Source: a virus
DNA: 64,000 bases
Reading direction: 5' to 3' (one strand)
IMG/VR virus record: IMGVR_UViG_3300036826_000261
Coordinates: 8,693 to 72,692 of that record
Of the stretch, positions 29,184 to 37,354 are shown piece after piece. The notes beneath the pieces are model-generated. The model was not told the DNA's origin. It did not search any database and saw only the letters and a program-made list of their open reading frames with translations. Every line of letters starts with the position of its first letter. Positions within the stretch are counted from its first letter, which is position 1. The position numbers and the translations under genes are program-made.

Positions 29184-29371
29184 AAGGCGGCCTTGCTCCG
29201 AATCCGGAGGAAATGATTATCAACGCTTATCGGTTGGCGGATCGTTACAAACAAGACCCGATGACGTTTTTGCAGCAACCGTTGTCGCAAATAAACATGC
29301 ACGTTTACTACACGCTCAAACTGATCGAGTTGCAGAACGCGGCACGGGCGCGTGAGAATGAAGACGAGTGA
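29153..29371 (+). CDS. -1 frameshift extension of tail chaperone (gpGT/gpE'-like)
   Basis: C TTT TTT at 29153-29159; -1 frame open to 29371; alternative own ATG at 29213 with GGAGG. Confidence 0.6.
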   Translation, partial: LFSPGARSLLEGGLAPNPEEMIINAYRLADRYKQDPMTFLQQPLSQINMHVYYTLKLIELQNAARARENEDE

Positions 29372-29562
29372 AAAGCATGAAGGGTGACCCGTTCCCAGAT
29401 CACCCTTCACTTGTGCCGACCATGACGAGACCGGCCCGGCCAGACGGCGCCAAGGCCAAACCCCGACAAACCACGCCTGCCAAGTCTGGCTTTGCTTGGC
29501 CAAATCTTACCGCGCCAGACCTTGTCGCGCCGAACCGCGCCTGTCCTCGCCTGCCATGCCTA
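29372..29562 (-). ncRNA. stand-alone GGY-NN guide-like RNA (mini-array 2) with terminator
   Basis: Minus strand TAGGCAT GGCA, 14 pentamers, GGCA, then a second unit; stem TGAAGGGTGA/TCACCCTTCA followed by TGCTTTT. Confidence 0.8.
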
Positions 29563-29572
29563 AGAATTGGTG

Positions 29573-29601
29573 TAGGTAGTTTATTTGTTTGCGACTGTCA
29601 A
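29573..29601 (-). promoter_or_regulatory. sigma70-like promoter for mini-array 2
   Basis: TTGACA-N17-TACCTA on the minus strand, about 10 nt before TAGGCATGG. Confidence 0.65.
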
Positions 29602-29618
29602 GTTCGGGAATCGTTGTA

Positions 29619-32114
29619 ATGGCGACTGAACAAGAGCAACTGGAACTTGTCGTCACGCTTGATGATCAAGAAGCGCTGGCGAAGCTTGCCAATCTGAAAA
29701 ATCAACTGGCCAACATGGGGTCAGGGTCTTCGGGGTTTGGCAAGGTCGGTGAGAGTGTCGAGCGTGCAACCAAAGGCGTCAAGGATTTAAGCTTCGAGAT
29801 CGCCAAGGGCACGTTCTGGGGCAACATGTTTGCCGAGGCAGGCAAGGAAGTTCTCAAGTTCGGCGAAAAAGTTGTCGAGAGCGCGACGGACATCCAAGGG
29901 TTATCGAAATCGATCGTCGATCTTTCGACGACCGCTTCGCGCATGGGAACAAGTTTAGGTCAACTGCGCTCCAATCTGCGCGTGTTCGATGAAATGGGAG
30001 TCGATGCCGGCAAGGCCACTGCGACATTGCAGGGTTTGGCCGATTCGATGGGCGATCTGCAAACGATTAACGGTCGGCTGCGCGGTCAATTGCGCAGTGG
30101 CGGATTTCTCGAACTACAGGAGATGCTGAAGGTTCTGCAAGACGCTGACGAGGCGAAGACGGTCGAAGAGTTCGGCGAGACCATGCGCAAGGCCGCCGAG
30201 AAGGTGCGGGAGCGTTGGACCGATCTCGCCGGTCCTGAAAAAGGCGCAGAGATGCAGCGGCGGTTTCTGGCGTTGCTCAAGGCGCCGGAGCTGGATCAGC
30301 TCGAAGGCAAACTCGGCAAAATAAACAAACAACAAGATGAGTTTTCCAAAAGACAGGAAACCATTCTGAAGCAATTCTACGCGGCTAGTCGCGGTATGGC
30401 GGAAGGTCTTGAGCGCATCGGGCAAGCGATCGGCACGGTGGTTGCAGCGATGAATTTGCCGTGGATGCAGACATTGGCCGACACGTTCAAAGCTGGTGCG
30501 GAATACGCCGAACGCATTGCGCTGGCGCTGACCAAGTTGAATGTCACACCAACAGAGGCAAAAAGCGCGATCCAAGACACGTTCGGCAAGTTTGGTCTAG
30601 GTGTGCCGGCGCCGAGTTTCAACGAGCGTTTCGGGACATGGCCCGGTGCGACCGCGGCGCCGATGAAATTCATCGGCGGCAGTGTGCAGGGCGGTGAGTG
30701 GGACAGCCGCAATTTCACGGCCAGCGGCAACGATTTTTGGCGCAATCTGCAGGGTCGCGGCGACGTCGATATCGAAGACCGGCGCAATCTCGAAGATAAC
30801 ACCGATCAGACCAAACAGCTCACTGAGCAGATGCGCCAGCTCAATGATGCATTGACCAATCCGATGGCGACGGGACGTGGCGGCGGCTTGGCTGCGATGG
30901 GCGCAGCGCTCGGTCTCGGCGATCTCGGCGGTGGCGGTGGCGGCGGCGGTGGCGGCGGCGGCGGCGGTCGTGCGCGACCGTGGGCGCTACGCAGTCCGAG
31001 TGATGCGCCTTACGGCAATGATGCTGGACCCGGCACCGGCAAGGGTGCCGGTGAATCCCCTGCGGCCATGGGTGCCCCACCGGGTCCCGGCGGTCCTGGT
31101 GGCATTACGGCGCCGGCCGGGACGCCGATCATGCGCGGCGGCACTACAACGGTGACGACGGCGAGCGGGCACAAGTTTCAGGTTGCTGCCGCCTACGCGA
31201 AAAATTTCCAGGGCTTCATCAACGATTACGAAGCGGCTGGCGGTGTCATCGGTCCCAATTCCGGCACGCTTGGCAGTCGGCCGAGCAATGCATCTGGACA
31301 TCCGATCGGTACGGCGTTCGATCTCAATCAAGTCGCGCGCAACGTTCGCAAGGGTGGCGTATCGCTGCCGCAGGAGCAAGAGGAAGCGCTGGCGAAAAAA
31401 TGGGGTCTTGTCTCGGGCAGCCAGTGGCGCAATCCCGATGCCGGACATTTCGGCATTCGCAGCGCCAAGGCAGCGCGCGACGCGTTGATCGCCAATGGCG
31501 TGCCGGAGGGTGAAGCCAACAAGATCGTCGGCGGTGCCGCCAGCGGCGGGGCGGTCGGCGGCAGTGCCGGTGATGCCGCCAAGGTTAGGGGCTCATGGTT
31601 CGGCAACGCACCGGGTTGGCATGACCCATCCGAGCCGGTGGATAGTCCGAAGAGCAATCGGCCCGGCATTGCGTTGCCGTCCAAAGCGACGCTTGGTCAG
31701 ATGTTCGAGGTGACGACGCCGGACGGTCGCAAATTTATGTTGCCGCAAACCGATGTCGGACCGGCAGCGCGCACCGGGCGCGGCGTTGATATCACGGCGG
31801 CAGCGGCGGCGAGGATGGGTTATACCGCGAAGAATTTTCCGACCGATGAACGCTTCATGGTGCAGCCGGCGTCCAAAAGCATGGACGCAGCGATTGCCCG
31901 TGGCGCGGAGCTGGATAAGGAGCGCGAAACGACGGTGACCGGCAAAGGCCATTTGAAAGTCGATATCAATGGCCCACCCGGCACGCGAGCGAGCGCGACG
32001 GGCGAAGGGCTGCTGAAAGACACCTCGATTTCGCGTGCGACGCAGATGGCGCCGGCCAGCTCCGGGCCGACCAATCCGGCCGGCGACACGCCGTACGTGT
32101 TCGGCGGGACTTAA
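29619..32114 (+). CDS. tape measure protein with M15-like peptidase and DPBB/RlpA-like domains
   Basis: Helical N-terminal half; SGHPIGTAFD..KWGL..G..W..PDAGHF; GSWFG..IALP..DVGP..GRGVDIT. Confidence 0.8.
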   Translation: MATEQEQLELVVTLDDQEALAKLANLKNQLANMGSGSSGFGKVGESVERATKGVKDLSFEIAKGTFWGNMFAEAGKEVLKFGEKVVESATDIQGLSKSIVDLSTTASRMGTSLGQLRSNLRVFDEMGVDAGKATATLQGLADSMGDLQTINGRLRGQLRSGGFLELQEMLKVLQDADEAKTVEEFGETMRKAAEKVRERWTDLAGPEKGAEMQRRFLALLKAPELDQLEGKLGKINKQQDEFSKRQETILKQFYAASRGMAEGLERIGQAIGTVVAAMNLPWMQTLADTFKAGAEYAERIALALTKLNVTPTEAKSAIQDTFGKFGLGVPAPSFNERFGTWPGATAAPMKFIGGSVQGGEWDSRNFTASGNDFWRNLQGRGDVDIEDRRNLEDNTDQTKQLTEQMRQLNDALTNPMATGRGGGLAAMGAALGLGDLGGGGGGGGGGGGGGRARPWALRSPSDAPYGNDAGPGTGKGAGESPAAMGAPPGPGGPGGITAPAGTPIMRGGTTTVTTASGHKFQVAAAYAKNFQGFINDYEAAGGVIGPNSGTLGSRPSNASGHPIGTAFDLNQVARNVRKGGVSLPQEQEEALAKKWGLVSGSQWRNPDAGHFGIRSAKAARDALIANGVPEGEANKIVGGAASGGAVGGSAGDAAKVRGSWFGNAPGWHDPSEPVDSPKSNRPGIALPSKATLGQMFEVTTPDGRKFMLPQTDVGPAARTGRGVDITAAAAARMGYTAKNFPTDERFMVQPASKSMDAAIARGAELDKERETTVTGKGHLKVDINGPPGTRASATGEGLLKDTSISRATQMAPASSGPTNPAGDTPYVFGGT

Positions 32115-32117
32115 ACC

Positions 32118-32720
32118 ATGCCGACGATCCGCGAATTGCCAAGCGCGTGGCGCGAACGGTTGTTGCCGGCGCATTTCGACGGCCGGATGTTTCATGTCGA
32201 GAGCGGTTCACGTGAATCCGGTCGTCGGGTCGTCGTGCATGAATTTCCGAAAAAAGAGGACCCTTATTCCGAGGACATGGGCAAGCGCGCGATTGCGTTC
32301 ACGGTGCGTGGTTATTGCATTGTCTATCCGCACGATGACCCGTCCGCGACATCGCTCTATCGCCAGGATTATCAGATCGCGCGCGATGCGTTGATTGAGC
32401 GGTTGGAAACCGGCGGCACGGGCGTGCTGCAACTGCCGACGCTGGCGCCGCTCAAGGTAAAGTGTCAGCGCTACCGGATCACGGAGGAAGAAAAAACCGG
32501 TGGCTATTGCGTGTTCGACATGCAGTTCATCGAGGCCGGCGTGCAGCCGTTCATGCCGAACGTCGATACGGCAACGAACCTTCGCATGCAGGCGGATCAG
32601 CTCAAGCAGCAGGTCGCCAGTGTCTGGGCCGCGCAACGCGCCAAGACCGGTCTTGAGGATACCAGACTCAAATTCTTGACCGGACCGCCGCCGCCGAGCA
32701 CAGGCACGCAACGACGATGA
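32118..32720 (+). CDS. Mu gpN-like DNA circularisation protein, N-terminal part
   Basis: WRERLLPA.F.G..F.V......GRRVVVHEFP..EDPYSEDMG. Confidence 0.88.
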   Translation: MPTIRELPSAWRERLLPAHFDGRMFHVESGSRESGRRVVVHEFPKKEDPYSEDMGKRAIAFTVRGYCIVYPHDDPSATSLYRQDYQIARDALIERLETGGTGVLQLPTLAPLKVKCQRYRITEEEKTGGYCVFDMQFIEAGVQPFMPNVDTATNLRMQADQLKQQVASVWAAQRAKTGLEDTRLKFLTGPPPPSTGTQRR

Positions 32721-33385
32721 TCAAAACCGACGCCGTTGAAGCGCAGAAAATTCTAGACCCTGTTCTGGTGTCGCTGTTGAGCTGGGCGGCGACCACGGGG
32801 CGCGCCGGGTCGGCGTTGCGCACCATGGTCGGCGACGTGCGGGCCTACGCAATGCCGCTGTTGCAGAATGACATGATCGAGTTGCCGCTGATGACCTGCT
32901 TCAATCTGGCGGTCGCCACCGGCATCAACATCTATCAGGTCGAGACGGTGCGACGTACCGCAGCCGCACAGCCGGCGGTGTCGGTCGGCGCGATCATGAC
33001 CAAGGATACGCTGATCCAGATCGCGCTGGCGACGGCGGGCGTGGTGATCGCCAATATGACGTTCACCAGCCGGCAGGATGTCGATCAGATCAGAAACGCC
33101 GTCAACGTCGCGTTTGCGGAGATCGAGGAAATCCTCGCCGATCAGATGGACGCGATGTCGTGGCGCGCGGTGATCAAGCTGCACGCGGCGATCATCCATC
33201 ATCTGGTCGAGACCGCGCGGCCGTTGCCGCGCATGCTGAACTACCGCTTCGCGGATTCATTGCCGAGCGTGGTGCTGGCGCATCGATTGTACGCCGACGC
33301 GTCGCGCGCCGACGAGCTGGTCAAGGAAAACAAGATCGTGCATCCGGGTTTCTGTCTGCGCCAAGGGCAGGCGTTGTCGTCGTGA
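32717..33385 (+). CDS. Mu gpN-like C-terminal part as a separate gene
   Basis: LPSVVLAHRLY.DASRADELV.EN.IVHPGF. Confidence 0.8.
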   Translation: MIKTDAVEAQKILDPVLVSLLSWAATTGRAGSALRTMVGDVRAYAMPLLQNDMIELPLMTCFNLAVATGINIYQVETVRRTAAAQPAVSVGAIMTKDTLIQIALATAGVVIANMTFTSRQDVDQIRNAVNVAFAEIEEILADQMDAMSWRAVIKLHAAIIHHLVETARPLPRMLNYRFADSLPSVVLAHRLYADASRADELVKENKIVHPGFCLRQGQALSS

Positions 33386-33570
33386 TGTTCTGGGTGGAAA
33401 TCGCCATCGCGACGATCATCGGCTTTCTGGTCGGCGTGGTGACGATGGGCACGTTTCTCAAGAGCGTCAGAAACATCGAGATGGAGGATCGGATCGTCAG
33501 CATGATTCGCGATGCGCAAGAGCGAGCGCTGCGGGATCGCGAGGTGCCGCCGGGTCCGCCCAAGAGTTGA
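33385..33570 (+). CDS. small membrane protein
   Basis: MFWVEIAIATIIGFLVGVVTMG..; coupled start. Confidence 0.5.
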   Translation: MFWVEIAIATIIGFLVGVVTMGTFLKSVRNIEMEDRIVSMIRDAQERALRDREVPPGPPKS

Positions 33571-33577
33571 GTTGACC

Positions 33578-35047
33578 ATGGACCGGCTTTACATCAGTCC
33601 GCTGCCGCAACCGAAAAGCGGTTACGAGGCGCCGGATACTCCGCAGTTTGGTCCGCAGGCCAATCAGAACGGCGTGCTCGACGCCGCGATCGCGCTGGAC
33701 CACATCGTGACGCGGCCGGACTTGGTGCGGGTCGATGCGGACGGCAGCATCAGCGAGATCGCGACGCTGATCGTCGGCGGTCTGAAGTTCGAAGACTGGG
33801 AATCGGTGTGGATTCAGTGGAGCTGGGCCGACGCGTTCTCGCAATTCAGGTTCTCCTGCGCCGAGCGCGAGCCGTATCCGCTGCCGGGACAGGTGCTGCA
33901 ATTCGCGCCGGGCACCACGGTCGAAATCTATCTCGGCGGCGTGCAGGTGATCACCGGCGTGATCATCACCCGGCAGGTGGCCTACGACGCGGAAAGCCAT
34001 GTCGTGCAGTTGCAAGGCGTCAGTTCGTCATGGTTCGCGGCGCGTTCCGGCATCGATCACAAGACATCGGATTTCGATGGCAAGAGCTTCACGCAGATCG
34101 CGTCCGAGATACTGGGGCCGACCGGCGTCGGGTTCACGACGGTCGGTGAGATCGACGAAACGCCGTTCAAGTCGGGCGCGACGCCGTCGGCCGGCGAGAC
34201 CATCATCGCGTTTCTGGAGCGGCTGGCGCGCGATCGCAAGATCATCGTCAGCAACACGCCGGATGGAAAATTCTTGTTCATCGGTGACCACGAGTGGCCG
34301 CCGACTGGCGATCTGATCGAGGGTATCAATATCAAAAAGATGCAATGCGTGATCTCCAGCGACACGGCGTATTCGGATTTTGTCGTCAAGGCGCAGAAGG
34401 CGGCAAGCGATTCCGAGTGGGGCGCCAAGGCCAGCGAGCAGGAAGCGCGGGTCAAGGGCTCGCTCGGTCCGTACAGCATCCTGCTCACCGCGATCGAGCA
34501 TCCGGTGTGGACGGCGGCGGAAGTCGCCAAGCGGGCGCAGACCGAAAAGATGTGGAATGACGATCTCGGCCGGATCGACGCCAATGTGCTGGTCTATGGC
34601 TGGTTTCGCCCGTTGCCGCAGGTGATGCAGACCAACACGCCGCCGGACATGACGCTCGGCGGACCGACCACCGGGCATACGCTGTGGATGCCGGGCGACG
34701 ACGTGATCGTGCATTCGCCGATGGCGATGCTGTATCAGCAGCCGCTGAAGATTCGCACGGTGACATGGACGCAGGACAACAACGGCGGCACGCAGACATT
34801 GCTGCAATGTACCTTGCCGGAAGGTCTCAATGGGCATCCGGTGCCCAAGGCGCGGTCTGATCCCAACAAGCCGGCGGAAACACCGGCCGATCAACCGGAA
34901 AATCCGCCGGTCGATCCGCCGACACAAGCGCCGGCCACCGTGTCGCCGCCCGGCGATTGGATGCCGGACTGGCTGAGGCGCCTGCAGATCGGTCCGACGT
35001 TCGATGAGCGGTTCGGCAACTGGCCGAACAATGCACCGGGGGGTTGA
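33578..35047 (+). CDS. baseplate hub protein (Mu gpP/gp44-like)
   Basis: FEDWESV.I......F.F, VITG.I, GETI.AFLERLAR. Confidence 0.85.
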   Translation: MDRLYISPLPQPKSGYEAPDTPQFGPQANQNGVLDAAIALDHIVTRPDLVRVDADGSISEIATLIVGGLKFEDWESVWIQWSWADAFSQFRFSCAEREPYPLPGQVLQFAPGTTVEIYLGGVQVITGVIITRQVAYDAESHVVQLQGVSSSWFAARSGIDHKTSDFDGKSFTQIASEILGPTGVGFTTVGEIDETPFKSGATPSAGETIIAFLERLARDRKIIVSNTPDGKFLFIGDHEWPPTGDLIEGINIKKMQCVISSDTAYSDFVVKAQKAASDSEWGAKASEQEARVKGSLGPYSILLTAIEHPVWTAAEVAKRAQTEKMWNDDLGRIDANVLVYGWFRPLPQVMQTNTPPDMTLGGPTTGHTLWMPGDDVIVHSPMAMLYQQPLKIRTVTWTQDNNGGTQTLLQCTLPEGLNGHPVPKARSDPNKPAETPADQPENPPVDPPTQAPATVSPPGDWMPDWLRRLQIGPTFDERFGNWPNNAPGG

Positions 35048-35071
35048 TCACGCAAGAGGAACGATCAACCG

Positions 35072-35320
35072 ATGAAGACGGCTTTGATTCTGTTAGCACT
35101 GGCGCACGCATCGCCGGTGCACGAGTTCTACAGCGACGCCTGCTGCGCCGGTCAGCACTGCCATCCGGTGCCGTGCGAGGAAGTGATTTCGACCGACAAC
35201 GGTTGGATATGGCACGGTCGTAATTTCGAGAAGCACATGCTGCGCATCGCGCCGGACGGCGCCTGTCATGTCTGCGTCGCCGCCGCGCCGGTTTGTATCT
35301 ATCTGCCACCAAAGGTCTGA
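35072..35320 (+). CDS. small Cys-rich exported protein
   Basis: Signal-like N-terminus; Y...CC...CHPVPC..PDG.CHVC..CIYLP. Confidence 0.6.
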   Translation: MKTALILLALAHASPVHEFYSDACCAGQHCHPVPCEEVISTDNGWIWHGRNFEKHMLRIAPDGACHVCVAAAPVCIYLPPKV

Positions 35321-35322
35321 TC

Positions 35323-36303
35323 ATGCATCGCTCGACACCCGCGGACACCTTGCGTCGCGCCTATGACAGCGGCGGCTGTCGTACCTGCATCGACAAGGTC
35401 GATGACAGCCGCATGATGCAGGAGATGGCGGGAAATTTCATGAAAGGGGAGTCCCGCAAGGCGCTGGAGGCGGCGCAGAACTACGGCTTTTCGTCGGTGG
35501 TGATGCCAGCGACCAAGGGCAGCGATGGTCAGATTCAGGAATGCGCCGAGGGGTTTATTTCCTTTCTGGGCGGCAACCGGTCGTTTCCGGTCTGCACGGT
35601 GATGGATGATCGACGGCATCGGCCGATGCAGTTGCCGCCGGGCGCCAGCGCGCAGTACGGACCGAACACCGACTACGGCCGCGCGCTGACCTTGATCAAG
35701 CCGACGCCGCAGGACCAAGGCAGTTCGGGCGGCTCGTCCGGCGGCGGCGGCAGCACACGCGATTCCAGCGGTGGCGGCAGCAGTAGCAGCGGCGAGTACG
35801 GCGCGTTCATGGTGGTGCCGCATCCGCAGGAATATGCCTCAATGCGGCACATTAACAACAAGAAGCAGCCGCGACCGCAAGGCGCGATGGGCACGCAGCA
35901 AGGCGGCGGCGGCGGCGGCCAGTCGCAACAGGGCGATCAGCAGCAACAGTACAATCACGAGAAGGGCGACAGCATCAACACCGAGATGCGTTGCACCAAC
36001 AGCCGCATCGAGTTTCGCAGCGGCGACACCGTGGTCGGCTACTACGACAAGAGCGCGTCGAAATGGGCGTTCATCGGCGAGGTGCATCTCGGCGTCGAGA
36101 GTGCTTCACATCGGGTGTACGGCGTCAACGGCGATGTCGGCATGACCACGGCATCATCCGGTAGCGGCGCGGTGCTGGTCAATGCGACGCAGCCGGGACC
36201 GCCAACCTCATTGGACAATCAACCCTACGTGCTGGCGATGGAGCAGCGGTTCGAGGCGCGCATCGCCGAGCTGGAAGCAAGACTTGCCGCACTGGGAGGC
36301 TGA
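35323..36303 (+). CDS. baseplate spike/assembly protein (Mu gp45-like)
   Basis: VDDS..MQE, E.R...E..QNYGFSSV, FLGGNRS.PV...DDRRHRP. Confidence 0.85.
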   Translation: MHRSTPADTLRRAYDSGGCRTCIDKVDDSRMMQEMAGNFMKGESRKALEAAQNYGFSSVVMPATKGSDGQIQECAEGFISFLGGNRSFPVCTVMDDRRHRPMQLPPGASAQYGPNTDYGRALTLIKPTPQDQGSSGGSSGGGGSTRDSSGGGSSSSGEYGAFMVVPHPQEYASMRHINNKKQPRPQGAMGTQQGGGGGGQSQQGDQQQQYNHEKGDSINTEMRCTNSRIEFRSGDTVVGYYDKSASKWAFIGEVHLGVESASHRVYGVNGDVGMTTASSGSGAVLVNATQPGPPTSLDNQPYVLAMEQRFEARIAELEARLAALGG

Positions 36304-36314
36304 TATACAATAGA

Positions 36315-36385
36315 AACGCAACGGCTGAAGCATTGGAAGTGCTCCAGCCGTCACTTGACCTAGCAACCTTGTAGGGAAGGCTGCC
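36315..36385 (+). promoter_or_regulatory. structured leader of homing endonuclease gene (copy 2)
   Basis: Near-identical to 2233-2301. Confidence 0.7.
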
Positions 36386-37006
36386 ATGCCCAAAGTTCTG
36401 TCTAGCACAAACCAACGCAAGAAGCAGTGTGCGGCTGCATCTCGTCGATATAGAGCCAAGCATAAGCAGAAACACGCTGCGCTGAACCTTGTCAGTTACT
36501 ACCGATTAAAATCTGATCCTGAGTGGTTAGCGAAACGTCGCGCTAAGGCGACGATAAACGCACGAAAATGGCGTGCCGCAAACCCTGAAAAATGTCGAGC
36601 AGCACAGCGTCGATATCGCAATAAAGATAACAACCGAGAAAAAATAAACCAACGAACTAAACGATGGTTAGCAGCCAATCCAGACCAACTTTTGAAACGT
36701 CGTGCGCAGTCCTTAGCTTGGGCGAAAGCCAATCTAGGTTTGCATCGTAAATACAAACTAGGCATCACGCCAGAACAGTTTGGTGCAATGCTAGAATCTC
36801 AACAGCATAGATGTTTGGTTTGTCGGATCGATTTGCGAACACTGCGCGGGAAAAACGTTCATCTTGATCATTGCCATAGCACAAACCGTGTTCGAGGAAT
36901 TTTGTGCCACGGATGCAATACAGCTCTTGGTTTCATGAAAGAGAATGCCGCTAATTTGAGGGCGCTAGCGGACTACATAGAAGGGTTCTCGACATGTCGT
37001 GTCTGA
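36386..37006 (+). CDS. endonuclease VII-domain homing endonuclease
   Basis: Q..RCLVC...HLDHCH.TNRVRGILCHGCN.ALG; basic N-terminus; AT-rich. Confidence 0.9.
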   Translation: MPKVLSSTNQRKKQCAAASRRYRAKHKQKHAALNLVSYYRLKSDPEWLAKRRAKATINARKWRAANPEKCRAAQRRYRNKDNNREKINQRTKRWLAANPDQLLKRRAQSLAWAKANLGLHRKYKLGITPEQFGAMLESQQHRCLVCRIDLRTLRGKNVHLDHCHSTNRVRGILCHGCNTALGFMKENAANLRALADYIEGFSTCRV

Positions 37007-37242
37007 ATCTGGCTTTCCTCGAAAATTTGATCGTCTGGGTGATCATCGTCGCGGCGATCGTCGCGGTCATCAAGCTGCTGTTGCCGCCGCTCAACTCTTT
37101 CACGCCGTTCGGCATTCCACTCGGGCAGATCGTGATGATCATTCTCTACGCGATCATCGCGATCTTGATCGTGTATCTGATCTTCAGCCTGCTGGCGTGT
37201 CTGCTCGGGAGCGGCCCGCCCTTTCATACCCTTCGACCATAG
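36994..37242 (+). CDS. two-TM membrane protein (holin candidate)
   Basis: Two long hydrophobic helices. Confidence 0.55.
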   Translation: MSCLNLAFLENLIVWVIIVAAIVAVIKLLLPPLNSFTPFGIPLGQIVMIILYAIIAILIVYLIFSLLACLLGSGPPFHTLRP

Positions 37243-37354
37243 CGGCCAAGTCGAAGTCACGCCACCGAACCCGGCGACGCCTGACCATCCCAGTCAGGTG
37301 GCGCCGCTGCCGCCTGAACCGCCGCCGCCACCGAGCATTTGCAAAGGCTGCTGA

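Noticed and set aside
29411-29476. Target for the second unit of mini-array 2
   Set aside because: Irregular pentamers; only a weak resemblance to the terL N-terminus
29368-29619. 83 aa + strand ORF
   Set aside because: It is the reverse complement of mini-array 2 plus its promoter and terminator
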